From: Neoechinorhynchus agilis
Taxonomy: Eukaryota; Animalia; Acanthocephala
Direction of reading: 5' to 3'
NCBI GenBank assembly: GCA_051530055.1
Contig: CM121343.1
Coordinates: 404,389-468,388 of the forward strand
Length of the DNA stretch: 64,000 nucleotides
Position numbers and translations under genes: made by a program. The number at the start of each line of letters is the position of its first letter. Within the stretch, counting starts at the first letter, position 1. Below are positions 11,479 through 24,130 of the stretch, piece after piece. Below the pieces are notes generated by a model that was given only the letters and a program-made list of their open reading frames with translations, was not told where the DNA came from and did no database searches.

Positions 11479-14400
11479 ATGTGGACTTTGTTGTTAGTAT
11501 CATTGGGCAATGTTGTGATGTCAATAGACCTAGGAAATGCTTTTATTAAAAATGGACTTATACGACCTGGTCAAAATCCTGATTTGGTACACGATGAGTA
11601 TGTAGTTTAAACGAAAAAGAAGATGATTGATCGGATCAAATGCCTGTTTAGAATGGGACGGAAATTCGCGAGTTTTGTCTATATATCCGGTCCCGAGCGT
11701 CGTGTGGCTTACAGAGCCAGTGAAATGTTCAGAAGAAGTCCGGAATTATCATTCAGCCATTTCACATCCATGCTCGCTCTCCATCCAACAGTAGACAAAA
11801 GACTTATTGACTCCCATCGCAATTTGTTCCCTTTCTATTCATTCACTCCAAACTCAGGTTTCATTGGAAAAAGGTTAGATCCTATGCTCTTCACTTTGTT
11901 ACTCTTTTATAGTAACCAATCTTATTCGATCGATGAAATATTGACAATACTCTTGGAATTTTCAGTTGATAGATCTTTCAAGTTTGCAGGTATGGGCCAC
12001 GCCGCCTTGATTTATTGAAAATATTTTGAGGTAACCTCGCCTCATACCGAAATTATTTTCATTAAAAATCTTATTTTTAGAAAAATTAAAATGATCTTAA
12101 AACTGCCGATAATCATTTAAATTTTTTTGCGCGCCATAAAACAACCACTTTATGAACACTTCAATCTTTTCAAACTTATTCTTTCTCTAAATTTTCGGGT
12201 AAATTTATAAAAAAATTGTGGTTGCTGCGGCTCTCGGAAACCGCAAATGAGGAGGATTGCAGAGAGATTGGAAATCTAATAACAAGTTCAATTGATCAAA
12301 TGGTCGAAATACATTCGATTTAAAGATCTTTCTCGGGGAGGAACGACCAAAATAATAATAAAATCATTATACTCAATATAGATGATGGAGGTAATCATTC
12401 ACGAAACCGTGATATTTTGTCATTCCATTACCGTTGTGCCCATATATACGAGTTTTTCCATATCTTTGGTTGTTTTAAGGGGCGTAGAAGAATTAAAATG
12501 ATTTTTTATTGATTGAATCCGATTGGTTTCAGCGAGGCACAATCTTGTGAACGCGTTTTGATCAAGTTTTCTCGCCAGAAAACAACCAATTTTTCCATAT
12601 CGTTTTCACGAGCGCTCCAATTTGGCGTTTAAACCCAGTCTTTTTAATGGTTAGTCGCAAAACTATTCGGGATTTTTTGGTTGGTGAATTGAAAAAATAG
12701 AGATTAATTTCCTACACTTACCGACGAGACGGACGAAATATTGTGTGAAAAGAAAATTAACATCTATTTTCTCAAATCACAAAACAGTATTAATGAACAA
12801 CTTTTTTTAACTTCAAATTGTATAAATAATAACTCTAAATTGAGTAGCCCAAGGACTGACTCCGCGAGCTAACCGAAACTCTCTTCATTGATTCCATTCA
12901 CAATATAGGTAGCCAAGTCACGTTTACTGCAATAGCCATTCCGAACTATTACAGTCAAGCCCAGCGCCGAAGTCTCCTGAATGTTGGTAAGCTTGTACCC
13001 GGAGATCTTAAAATTGACTCGCTGATAAATGCGAATGTGGCTACTGCATATTATTACGCATTATTCTTCGATACGGATAAAACGTCTCCTCCAGTACTTG
13101 TTCGAAAGACCCCGTCCTCAATTACGTTCGATTTTATGGTTATCGATGTAGGCGCAATGTCCGTTCAAGCGTCCGTGTTCAGACTTTCGATACCGAATTC
13201 CGGAGATAAAACACCTACAATGTTCACGCTATCATCAGAAGCGGAACCATCGATCGGGGCCTCGTCGTTCGTGGCCATAATACGAAACCTGCTTTTAAAT
13301 AGCCTGAAAACAACGAATAAAGTTCAAGAGAGAGAAGATGAAAAACGAAGAACGATGGCCAGATTAAACATTCATGCCGAACGATTTTTATCGAAATTAT
13401 CGCTTCTTGCTGAATATACTGACGAAATCGATGATTTAGGTGAGAGAGACGCAATTAGAGTGAAACTTACATCGGTGGATCTCACGCTTACTTATTTCGT
13501 TCTTAAGTGAGATTCTCTGTGATAGAAGATCCGAGTTTGAGTCGAATCCGAAGACCAAGGAGATTTTAGATCAAATGTCACTTGCAATCAAGCGCGCACT
13601 TGTTCGAGCCAATACCACCGGCGAACAATTGGCTTATGTGCTCGCGGTCGGTGGTGGTAGTAGGATTCCATGCGTTGTGGAGATGATAAAGCAAAATTTA
13701 AACCGAACGTTTCTTGACAGACGAGTCAATGCTGATGACGACGTTGCGATGGGGAGTGTATTCTACGGAGCTGCAAAATCGAATTATTTCGTCATAAAGA
13801 AAATTAAAATTAAGGATATTATTAACTTTGGAGTTAGGCTTTACTCGTACGATGGAAATATTACTGAAGTATTTCCCCCATTGACTAGATATCCTACGAA
13901 ACGCACTCTCAGCATTCCAATGGCTGACATGGTCGACTTAAATAATAATAATAGCACAGTCGAACGTCGTTTATTTCCTAGAATTAATTGGCAGATAACT
14001 GAAACTCCAATGCGATGTGTTCTTAACAAGGGGAAAAGTCGTTTTTAGAAAAAGGCGAAATTAGCGTAGAATGCCATAATTTTAGCTTTATTGTCGAAAA
14101 TTCACTAGAACCAGTCGTTTATTTTCTTGAATTAATTGGCGGATAACCGTAACTCCATTGCGATGTGTTCTTAACAAGGGGAAAAGTCGTTTGGAAAAAG
14201 ACGAAATTAGCCTAGAATTGAGAAGACATGAAATCATTCACACCGCCTCTCTGGATCACTCAGCTGCCGTCCTGGTGTAAAGGTCTCCCTCCCGTTGCAC
14301 AACCAGACTAATGTTTTGTAGGAGGAATGCCCTCGGATCTCCAGTGATTCGTCTCAATCACTTAGACAATTGCATGAACGGGTCCAGTGCCGCGATACCA

Positions 14401-16337
14401 AACGACCTGAGTGTCTTGACGCCAAAGGGAACAAAATAATGATTTCGACTCAGGTCGCCGTATTTTGTCCATTTGCGTTCCTCAGCGGCGGTTGCTGCTC
14501 CCCTTCCGGTTTAATGGTGGAGATTTTTATGTTGCTGGCTGCGAGCGTGGCGTCCCAGAGAAAGTATTTTCCTTCTCCATACGGGAATACGGTGGCCATC
14601 GAATCGGTAAAGATTGCTCGACTCTAGGATGTTGGGCGCATTCGCAGTTGTTCAGGGCACGGCTAAGAATTGCGTTCACTTCGGCGTGTCGTCAGTACCT
14701 TTCGAATGATTGCCGACAGACGAGACCATGGCGTCTCGAGGGCTCCGCGGTCGCTCCGCAACGGCAGCGATGGGATGTGCACATCTGTACCCCAAGTACC
14801 AAACACCATTCGGATAAGCGATCAATTTCGGAAAAACCCAATTGGTGATGTATCCAGTTTTTATCTTAAAATTCGGGGTTGGGGAAGTAGTTGTTAAAAA
14901 GCGAAATTGCAAAATCTTAGCTTTATTGTTGAAACCAATCATTTCGCTGCTGCAAGGTCTCTGATTCTCTTTTTAGTAACAGTAAGCAATTTGATTCGAG
15001 TACTTGACGTTCCACTGTAATAATAGTGGTCTCAAATTCAAATTGAGCACATTCGACCATGGATACGGCAATGGTGTTGAGCACGAACGTGAAATTGTAG
15101 AAATCGTAGTAGAACCAAAATGGCAACACACATCGGGTCTATACAACGGACTTAATATTACTGTATTGATTGATGAAAACCAGATAGTATCCATAAGTAA
15201 AGTACGAGCAATATTTGAACAGGAGACTACTGCTGGGGGCTGCACGGATTCTAACTCCATGAGTATGCTAGGCAATAGAATATCGAGCATTTTCGGATAT
15301 GGCTCTAATGCACCGAATGCTGCTTCCAATGAGACACGTGAAAGCCCTTTAGTCAATAAGACTGTCACAGTGAGTTACAAATTGAACTACATGGACTTAA
15401 AGCCTATAGAAGACGAGAAACGTAAACTGATTTTGGAAAGGTAAGTTCTAGTTTTAAAATATTTTAACAATTGCGAGTAGGCTTCAGTCGTACAAAATGC
15501 GCGAGGCGGCACTGGCGAATCGTCATAAAGCAACAAATGAACTTCAGGAATTGACTGGTAGATGGAGAAGCTACATTAGTGATGGAGCTGACCAATCTAA
15601 GGCGATTCCACCTAACAAAATCGATTCAATTAAAAATGAGTTGAACGAAGCCTACGATTGGGTCGATGACATTATCATGATGGATTTGAACAGTGAAGAA
15701 GGAATGGATGAATCTATAGTTACGAAGGTATGAAGATTCGCGTAGGTCGTAGATAAACCATGAGTTTTAGGAAATAACAGATCGACTAAGTCGGATTCAA
15801 AAGATATTGAAGCCAGTTGAGGTTCGACTGTACGACGCTGGTCATCGCCAACCGGCGATTGCAGCACTTAGAGATACGATTGGTGTGGCATTATCGTTTG
15901 CGGATCCAAGATCCAATTTGTCAACATTTATGAGTAGTCCATTCTTTTCTCGAGCAAATCATTCCTCCGAGGATATTTTATCTAAGTTTTCAAAGAAGAT
16001 TTCAACGTTGGTGGAGAAGGCAAATGATGTGGGTCAGTGGTTGGATTCCATGGTGTCTAATCAGTCAAAGATTGAGCTGTTTGAGGATCCCATCCTTACA
16101 ACGGCGCAAATAAAAAAGAGACATGACAGCTTAGAACGTCTAATGAAGAAAACAATGTCCGATATTATGGCAGAGATGTTCAAGCAGAAAACGGTGAACT
16201 ACACACAACACTCGAATTATGTCGCCGAAGAAAAAACGACGGTCAACGCAAGCTCCAATTTTTTTGTTAATCTCACGAATACCACAATCGAAACAAATAA
16301 GACCGAAAGCGTTGCTTTTGATAAAACAGAACTGTGA
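11479..16337 (+). CDS. HYOU1: Hypoxia up-regulated 1 / GRP170 (ER HSP70-family nucleotide exchange factor), multi-exon
   Basis: Hydrophobic N-terminus then VMSIDLG. Further motifs AIAIPNYYSQAQRRSLL, VIDVGA, VGGGSRIPCV, NADDDVAMG and C-terminal KTEL* (ER-retention-like). Predicted exons approx 11479-11597, 11651-11989, 12910-13474, 13512-~13957, 15001-15440, 15481-15727, 15771-16337. Confidence 0.9.
12468..12587. mobile_element. MITE-like element with GGTTGTTTT... terminal inverted repeats (HYOU1 intron 2)
   Basis: Ends ggttgttttaagggg and cgccagaaaacaacc. The interior matches 41300-41370 in inverted orientation. The same terminus also occurs at about 24060 and 12125. Confidence 0.6.
13975..14220 (+). 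repeat. Two-copy ~140 bp tandem duplication in a HYOU1 intron
   Basis: gaattaattggc.gataac...gcgatgtgttcttaacaaggggaaaagtcgttt occurs at about 13981 and 14128. Confidence 0.8.
14240..14815 (-). mobile_element. CRE-like retrotransposon fragment (zinc knuckle plus RLE) inside a HYOU1 intron
   Basis: Frameshifted minus-strand motifs LRLG..CTSHRCRCGA...HGLVC, LWDAT, KWTKYGDL, YFVPFGVKTL. Confidence 0.8.
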
Positions 16338-16702
16338 AATATAATTTTGATTATGAAATATTGGTTCTCATTTTGCCCGCTATCGAATATATTGAAACGA
16401 AAATAGTTTTAGATTTTAGAAAGGCCGGAAAACGGTTTAAGCGTGCTTTAAATCGGATGAAACCAAGAAAATACCCGATTCGTTGTTTATTTAAACCATT
16501 TTATATGGAAACATAGGAATAAACAATCATCCACTTATGGTCAGTGGCCGAAAAGCTAATTTTTCATATCCACATTTAAAAAACATACCAAAATTTGTAA
16601 ATAATCACAGTTCAGAAAACCCCGATTCTTTGTTTATTTAAACTATTTTATTTTCTTTTGGTAGTTTTTAGAGTTAAAAATAAAATCCATGAGTATGTGG
16701 CG

Positions 16703-16845
16703 GTGGGGAAAAATTATATCAAAGACTGACTTTAATTGAAATATTTCGTCGAAAAAACTTACAAACAATAATTGGCTGAAGAAGTCCAGTGTGATTGGAC
16801 GAAATATTTTAATTAAAGTCAGTCTTTGATATAATTTTTCCCCAC
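16703..16845. repeat. Inverted repeat, ~47 bp arms with 47 nt spacer (MITE-like)
   Basis: gtggggaaaaattatatcaaagactgactttaattgaaatatttcgtc pairs with gacgaaatattttaattaaagtcagtctttgatataatttttccccac, with one mismatch. Confidence 0.85.
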
Positions 16846-17069
16846 GGCCAAGGCACTTTTTTAGATTCACTAATTTATTTCCGATATTTCCCATCGGATA
16901 ATTCCGACATTTCCCCAATTTCAAATAAATCAAATATATTGGATTATTATTTTCGGGGAAAAGAAGCTTTCGTTTTCTTAGTTATACCATCGCTCGGATT
17001 TATATTCACTAATTTATTTCCGATATTTCACATTGGATAATTTTGACATTTCTCAAATTTCAAAAACGT

Positions 17070-17505
17070 GCAATCACCACCGTCTGCAAAATTGGAGCTT
17101 CTCTCCTTCCTCGGCTGTCGCTATCACGATAGCAGCATTGCCTCGTTGTACTGCGAGCGAGATATTTTGCCGCAGGAATACGCCTGCTCGTGCGTCGCCG
17201 GTCGTTTCTCTCAATTTCTTCTAAAGATCCTGGAGCAGAGTGCCGAGCTGCCAAGCGCTCCATACGTCTCTACTCCCAAGGGGACAATAGAGTGGGCCCT
17301 TGCTAATTCTCTATATTTTCGTACCTTCCTCCCTTTCGCTGTACTCCGCGATTTCGAGCGAGTAGGGAATGTTGCTTACTGCGAGGGTGTCCACACACGT
17401 GGCGTCCCAGATTGATTGACCAGGTCCTGTGCCGCGGTACCAAACGACCTGAGCGTCTCGACACCAAAGGGAACAAAATAATGATTTCGACTAAGGTATC
17501 GCTTG
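17070..17505 (-). mobile_element. CRE-like retrotransposon 3' fragment (chimeric)
   Basis: Minus frame DAT.ADTLA...RKEGKYENI...PLGVETYGALG...RQNISLAVQRGNAA. Segment 17420-17495 is nearly identical to 14380-14450. Confidence 0.8.
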
Positions 17506-17984
17506 GATTTAAGTTCACTAATTTATTACCGATATTTCACCTCGGATAATTCTGAAATTTATTCCAAAAATTAATGATGATTATTTGAATTATTCATGTT
17601 TGTACGTTAAAAACCCACAAGTGACCTTTATAAAGCTTGAAGATTGTACCGAAATATCGGATTTAATAAAAAAAATTAAGGCCATAAACAACTCATGATT
17701 AAAATTTCTTAATCGAAGTTGTGAAATGTAAAATAACGAGAAGATAGCGTAACAGTGATCAGAGTAGCACTTATTCTTGATTGCGTAATCGAATTAATCA
17801 AGGTTGATTGTTAATAACTTTGATTAGGCAACCGGAAATGAGTTATTTTTGCGACGGTGTTGTGAGATTTTCTTTTGTAGAATCCATAAAATCACGTTCA
17901 ATTATTTTAAGTGAGCGGTTTTTATCAGAAAGAATTCGGATCAAATGTTTCTTTTTTTGGATAATTTGTTTTAGTTTTGGAAGG

Positions 17985-18683
17985 ATGAACGATTCAAAAC
18001 AAATATCGCTTTCTGAGGATTTTAGAAGTATTTCTAGGTTGCCTGTGAGATGAAGTGGTCTTCAGGGGGGTTAATCGGTTGGTAAGGTCGTCTTCATCGC
18101 TAAAACCGTTATCGATAGAGGATCGTTACGAGCCTCCAGCGAGTTTCTTAGAAATCGAAGTTACAAATGCCGAAGTTCATGGTTTCGGACGTCAGCGTTA
18201 TACTGACTACGAAATACGGATGAGGGTGGGTAATTTTAGGTTTTTGGTATGAGTGTGTGTTCATTTGCTTGATTTAGACGAACCTTCCGATATTTCCACT
18301 CAAGGAATCGAGTGTTCGACGACGCTACAGTGATTTTGAATGGCTTCGGTCTGAGTTTGAACGGAACAGTAAGGTGCGTTGGTTCGTGTAGTTTTGAGTG
18401 GAACAAAATTTCGTGAGTGTAGATTGTGGTTCCTACACTTCCCGGGAAGGCATGGAAGCGTCAGATGCCGTTTCGTCAAGATGATGGGATTTTTGAAGAA
18501 GATTTTATCGAGAGACGCCGTCGTTCACTTGAGATATTTATCAATAAGATCGCTGGTCATCCTCTAGCTCAAAACGAGCGATGTCTTCATGTATTCCTCC
18601 AAGAACCAGTTATTGATCGGGAAACGTACGTGCCGGGAAAGGTAAAGCCGAGTGCTGCCCAACAACCTTCCGGTTCGTATTGA
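17985..18683 (+). CDS. SNX3: Sorting nexin 3/12 (PX domain)
   Basis: FLEIEV, YTDYEIR|TNLP, VRRRYSDFEWLR, VVPTLPGKAWKRQMPFRQDDGIFEEDFIE, AGHPLAQNERCLHVFLQ. Three short GT-AG introns, the first predicted at 18038-18065 (28 nt). Confidence 0.93.
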
Positions 18684-18999
18684 ATGTGGACTCTGTGAGT
18701 ATTACGGAATACGAGAAATAATCACGGGCGTTTTCGTGCGAAAGGGAAAGGGGTAAAATCTCATTGATAAAAAAGCAAAATACGTCATGATCGGAAATGA
18801 AAACGCGTTTTCTACGGAAGAATTCTGTTTCGAGATCGCGAGTTCACCTCGCAGCGAATGGGATTGCGCGAGTAGCTTCAAGCTGTGATTATTTGTTTCA
18901 TTAAGCATTGTGATTGGACACGCCTAATTTTTCGTCTGAAGGTCTATCGACGATTTGTTAGTGAATTGGTCGTTGTTTAAAACTGTGTGCGTTTCAGAT

Positions 19000-21900
19000 A
19001 TGGTGATCAGATCTTCAGAAGTGAAAATCGAAACGGACCAAACAAAAATGTCGGAGACAAATGACGTCATTGGCCACGAATCCTCAGATGAAGAAGAGGA
19101 AGAGGATCAAATCGATTCAGAAGAGTTTGCGGGTTTTATTTGCGACGACGACGAGGATGAACCAGGAGAGGAAAGTCCCATTATCCGCCGGCACCGACGA
19201 AAGCGTCAACACACTCGGGTCGAGCTTGATCAAGAGGATCTTGATTTGATTCGTGAGAATGCTGCCCTTCATTCTCATGGTTCCAAAAGGACTCGCCGTG
19301 TAATGATTGAGGACTCCGATGGCGAGGAGGTTCACGGTGATCACGTCTCTTGTGTTGATGAAACTGAGGAATCTCAGTCGCCTTTTGATGATGGTAGCCG
19401 GCTAGCGGGCGATGATGAGTTGCCGCGTGTGAATGAGAAGGCGAAGGATTTGTTTAGTTGGAGTAGCCGAACCAACTTCCATCTACATCACGACTACTTT
19501 GGCGATGATGACCGAGAGTTTTGTATGGTTATGGAAAAGGAATGGCGGACACTTGATTCCAAAAGGGAGAAGTTCGCGATCACAAAGCGAATGGCAGATA
19601 TAAAACGTGAACTTTCTGTTCTAAAGATGAGAGAAGGCGACTATTTGGAACGAATTTCTGATCGCTTAGTACCAATTAGACCGTGTTCGAAAGACGAAAT
19701 ACTGAAGGAATCCGCGTGGATATATTCGAACGTTGCTTCGGGTAACAAATGGAAAGATGACGTTCAGATCATCGAAAAAATTGGATTTGCACTTGATTTT
19801 TTCCGAAATCAAAACTTTGAAATCCCGTTCATCTATCATTACCGAAAAGAAGTCATCGCAAACTCCTTAAGCAAGAACGATCTGTGGCGTATTTATGACC
19901 TAGACGCTCGTTGGTGTCAACTGGTGCCAATGTGTAAAGCAATGCAAGAACGGATTAACAATTTAATCAATACTCATGGACAAAATATCTCAAACACTTA
20001 CCATTTAAACGAATGCCTTTCAATGATTGATTCTAATTCTCCAGATGAAGATTTACTCAAAGATGTCGGTATATTCATTGATCTATATTTCGGAAGTCAT
20101 ACTACTTATCGCAACGTTCGTGGCGTCTATGAACTACTTCAACCAATATGCAATCAGATCGGTATCGATCCTGAAAAGTTTGCTGCAGCAATCTCGAAAA
20201 AATACACGGGTGATGTGATTCGTGGAAAAGGAACAAAACTTAGTCCCCTTGAACTTGCCCGGACAATATTCATAAAACCAACAAATCTTCACGAACACGC
20301 TCACAAACTCAATGATGGATCTGCAGTTGTCAGTGCCGCCACTTCGGTAGCTGCTGCCCATCTTTTTCATTACCCAAAGGTTCGTGCCGCACTTAGGAAA
20401 CTGTACCTGGACAAATGTACGGTCGATGTGAGTCCAACATTGGCCCGTTATAACCAACTGATGGAAATCGACGGAGAGAACGACGATCCATTGATAAGTC
20501 TTGTTAAATCAATTGCGTTTGTTAGAAAAAAACCACTGAAAAAGTTTAAAGACGACGAATTTTTAATAATGCACCAAGCGTCCAAAAATGGCCTAATTAC
20601 CATCAAATACGAATTCACCAAGCATATAAAAGATAACTTTAAGACGATTGTTCTTCGGCGATGCACGGACGGTTGCGAGGAGAGCTATCAGTGGAATGTT
20701 CTACGTTCAAAAGTTGTCGACGCGATTTTCGCACCCAAGTACATCAATACTCTTAACACACAAATCGTGGAGTCTCTTCTTGAGAAATCTAAAGATTTTG
20801 TTATTCAGTATTGCCGAAACACATTGTGTGAACGAATCAGATATAGGCAATGCCAAGCTGCTTTCGGACGAAACGTATGGATAATCACGTACATGTTTGG
20901 CAAATACGGACCGGAAAAACGATCAGCGACCATTATGATATTGCTTATTGATATGGATGGAATTTTAATCGATCGCAAGTGTTTTTGCTTTAAGGAAAGT
21001 TTTTCGGATATCCAAGAGAATGTCGTTAAGTTTCTTGAGGAAGGTCCACGCCGTGTAAAAAATCAGAGTGAACCTCGACGTAATCCTAAGGCTATCATAG
21101 AGGAAAGTCCTAGTAAGTACCGTGCCAATATTGGTTTCATCGCCGCTGACGATATGGATGCACTGAAACTGAAAAGCATATTCCAGGAATACTTTCCCAC
21201 TTATATTCAATCGGTTGATTTGGTTGACCATTTCGTACCGCGACCTGGTCGAGATTGTCATCCGGGTACCGGCGGAAAGCTGAAGGAAATTCTATATATG
21301 CGCGCTATCACACTTGGTCGTAGCCTCAATGATCCATTGACCGAATACGCCCGATTGTTTGATAAACATAGAAAGATTTTATCAATGGATCTAGAACACC
21401 CATTACAATACACAGTCGATCAAGACGAACTTTACGCCGCTTTGTTGAAGGAAATCAAAAATCAAGTAGCGATTGTTGGTGTCGATATACACCGTATGTA
21501 TCGTCACAAACACACCAGTCACCTTTTGGGCTTCGTGAGTGGTCTCGGACCGATGAAAGCCGAGTGGATACTCCATAAAATAAAAATGACCGATGATACC
21601 GATACATTGGACGATTTATTGTCCCCTCAAATCGAGAGTCGCTATAAATTACTCAAAATCTGCGAACTTGGTCCTATTGTTTTTAACAATTGTGCTGGAT
21701 TTCTTAAAATTGATCGACGATGGCTTGATTCGGATCTCGATATCAATGTTTTGGATTGTACACGAGCACATCCGGAAGCATATGAATGGGCTTCGAAAAT
21801 GGCAAATGATGCTTTAGATGGATATGCTGGAGTTAACATCCAGCGACCTGCAAATTACGACGAGGCTCCCAATCGTGTAGCAGAATCGCCAGAATGCATG

Positions 21901-23766
21901 AAAGATCTCGACCTTGAAGCTTTTGCGGATATGCTCGCTAGAGCTGGATATGGAAGGAAAACTATAACCCTTCAAGATATTCGGGATGAACTTCTCTGCT
22001 GTTATCTCGACCGTCGGCCTCAAGCTAAGCTTCCAACATTAGACCAAGAGGTGTTCTACTGCCTCGGATCAGGCACTGATATGATATTTATGGAATCTGG
22101 TATTCGTAGAAGAGAAGGAGCGATTCTGCAAGCGACTGTGATTGGATACATATGTAAACCTCCTCTATCTGATTCTATTGATCAAATGGAGATTTCACAG
22201 GACTTGAGAACTAAATGGTTCATTTGCCCACTGTGTTCAAAACTCGCCGACAATTTTGTTGCTTTCGAGAAAAAAGAAGAATGTGTGGCTCATATGCTTC
22301 ATGTAATCCGGCCGTTTGAGTATCGCATTCGTGAGCATCGAAATGATTCGTTCGGAAACGATGGTGGTGGTGGCGGCGGCGGCGGCGGTTGTATTGGCCT
22401 CGTAACGGGTGTCAAAGTTCGCGTTTGTAACTTGGCTCGATTTACGAGAGGGATCTCATCAGGCCAAGATTCTTTATCGAGTGTTATTCAGACAAGACAT
22501 TTAATCCCGCATCATATGCGTAGTACGGCGAATAAGGTTGAACAGAACCAATGGTTACGTCAAAAGTATCTGATTGGCTCTAACATTTTTGTCAGAGTAA
22601 GCGACTTTGACTCCAAATTGTTGAAATTAACTGTGGACATCGTGGAAGTTGAGCCTTATACGGTCATTAAAGATAGCTACTACGACCGAGAAGCCGCAAA
22701 ACGTTTCTTTAAAGACGAAGAGGCGGTTGCTGCTGATTTAAAGAAAAGCACGATGTTGAAAAAGCCAAAGACAACTCAGAAATCGGAAAAACTCAGTTCG
22801 TCCAGCAACTCCGGTAGCCAAAATTCGACCATTAAGCTAAAAAGAAAGTCTACGCAAAATGATTCCAAAGAATCCTTGGATGGTCATGGCATATACCATG
22901 ACATTAACAATGAGCAGGCAGAGCGACTTTTAGGTGGACTAAATACTGGCGCTGCCCTGATACGACCGAGCTCTCAACATCGAGAAAAAGTGCTTGTCTT
23001 GATGATAAAAATCAGTGAGACAGTCTGTAAGTCGTTTAGAGTGGAAAAGGATGAAATGTGGGGCGAAATGGGCTTCGTGGTTGATACTCAAAGGTTTTCA
23101 AGTTTCGAGGAAATCGAGAGTCGCTTTGTGTTTCCGTTGAATACAGTCTACAAGGATTTATTCCTTCACAAATCATACAGATCGCATAGGGATCTTTTGA
23201 AAGCGGCCAAACACAAATGTGACGATGAGGAATTAAATGGACTAAAGATAGAAACAGAAGATGACCTTTTACTTCAATGTAGAAAGTATTTTGAGATTAC
23301 AGCATGTCCTGAGAATACCCGTTACGCTCGATACTTGCTTACATTGTCAGTCAAACACGTTGGAAATGTGATGATAGCTTGCTATTACCTTCGAAGTGAT
23401 AAACGGTTAACATTGAGGCATCATTATGCCGTCGTGAAGCCAACTGGATTCGGATTTCGACGACTTATTTTCGAAACCTGTGACCGACTTATTTGTGCGG
23501 TAAAAAGCTTCTATACTCGACAACCTCTACCCGCCCATCATTCGTCACGAGGAAATTCAATTCGTGTATCACAATTGCCATCTTCACCTCCAACTCAACC
23601 TAAAGGTCCGGTACATTCAAAAGAACATGGACAGCCATCATCATCATCAAGGTCACCGAATTCGTTAATCTTTCCACCGCTACCCAAGTCGCCACCTCCG
23701 AGGACTCCGCCGTTACCACCTCCAAACTCACGATCGCCATCACCGAAATATGAACAGCGTCACTAA
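19000..23766 (+). CDS. SUPT6H: Transcription elongation factor SPT6, intronless (~1590 aa)
   Basis: Acidic N-terminus, FEIPFIYHYRKE, HhH region GLGPMKA...LGPIVFNNCAGFLKI, LDCTRAHPEAYEWASKMANDAL, S1 region, SH2-like GAALIRPSS and a proline-rich tail. The ORF track opens at 18955, and the first ATG is at 19000. Confidence 0.95.
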   Translation: MVIRSSEVKIETDQTKMSETNDVIGHESSDEEEEEDQIDSEEFAGFICDDDEDEPGEESPIIRRHRRKRQHTRVELDQEDLDLIRENAALHSHGSKRTRRVMIEDSDGEEVHGDHVSCVDETEESQSPFDDGSRLAGDDELPRVNEKAKDLFSWSSRTNFHLHHDYFGDDDREFCMVMEKEWRTLDSKREKFAITKRMADIKRELSVLKMREGDYLERISDRLVPIRPCSKDEILKESAWIYSNVASGNKWKDDVQIIEKIGFALDFFRNQNFEIPFIYHYRKEVIANSLSKNDLWRIYDLDARWCQLVPMCKAMQERINNLINTHGQNISNTYHLNECLSMIDSNSPDEDLLKDVGIFIDLYFGSHTTYRNVRGVYELLQPICNQIGIDPEKFAAAISKKYTGDVIRGKGTKLSPLELARTIFIKPTNLHEHAHKLNDGSAVVSAATSVAAAHLFHYPKVRAALRKLYLDKCTVDVSPTLARYNQLMEIDGENDDPLISLVKSIAFVRKKPLKKFKDDEFLIMHQASKNGLITIKYEFTKHIKDNFKTIVLRRCTDGCEESYQWNVLRSKVVDAIFAPKYINTLNTQIVESLLEKSKDFVIQYCRNTLCERIRYRQCQAAFGRNVWIITYMFGKYGPEKRSATIMILLIDMDGILIDRKCFCFKESFSDIQENVVKFLEEGPRRVKNQSEPRRNPKAIIEESPSKYRANIGFIAADDMDALKLKSIFQEYFPTYIQSVDLVDHFVPRPGRDCHPGTGGKLKEILYMRAITLGRSLNDPLTEYARLFDKHRKILSMDLEHPLQYTVDQDELYAALLKEIKNQVAIVGVDIHRMYRHKHTSHLLGFVSGLGPMKAEWILHKIKMTDDTDTLDDLLSPQIESRYKLLKICELGPIVFNNCAGFLKIDRRWLDSDLDINVLDCTRAHPEAYEWASKMANDALDGYAGVNIQRPANYDEAPNRVAESPECMKDLDLEAFADMLARAGYGRKTITLQDIRDELLCCYLDRRPQAKLPTLDQEVFYCLGSGTDMIFMESGIRRREGAILQATVIGYICKPPLSDSIDQMEISQDLRTKWFICPLCSKLADNFVAFEKKEECVAHMLHVIRPFEYRIREHRNDSFGNDGGGGGGGGGCIGLVTGVKVRVCNLARFTRGISSGQDSLSSVIQTRHLIPHHMRSTANKVEQNQWLRQKYLIGSNIFVRVSDFDSKLLKLTVDIVEVEPYTVIKDSYYDREAAKRFFKDEEAVAADLKKSTMLKKPKTTQKSEKLSSSSNSGSQNSTIKLKRKSTQNDSKESLDGHGIYHDINNEQAERLLGGLNTGAALIRPSSQHREKVLVLMIKISETVCKSFRVEKDEMWGEMGFVVDTQRFSSFEEIESRFVFPLNTVYKDLFLHKSYRSHRDLLKAAKHKCDDEELNGLKIETEDDLLLQCRKYFEITACPENTRYARYLLTLSVKHVGNVMIACYYLRSDKRLTLRHHYAVVKPTGFGFRRLIFETCDRLICAVKSFYTRQPLPAHHSSRGNSIRVSQLPSSPPTQPKGPVHSKEHGQPSSSSRSPNSLIFPPLPKSPPPRTPPLPPPNSRSPSPKYEQRH

Positions 23767-24130
23767 GGAAAATCCGGTGTTTCAGTTTGACGCCGTCCTG
23801 TACCGGCTTTCATGTACAATTTCGGTACCTTTAGTTTATAAAGACCGCGAAATACACTGTCCGTATTTTTGATTGTTCGAATTGCCCATGCGTTCAACTC
23901 TGAACTTTATATTCTTTGCCGTTGTCCATGTTTTTAGTATTATTATAACAGAATAAAGTAAAAGAGTGTAAAATTGCAAATATTTTCTGAAAATATCACA
24001 TTGCTTATCCAAAACAAAAATTACTTTAAAATTGCTTGAAGATTGAATTATTCATATAGGTTGTTTTCTGGCGTAGAAATAAAATCGTTTTATTTCTATG
24101 CCACAATACAACCTATTTTTTAAAAATCAT

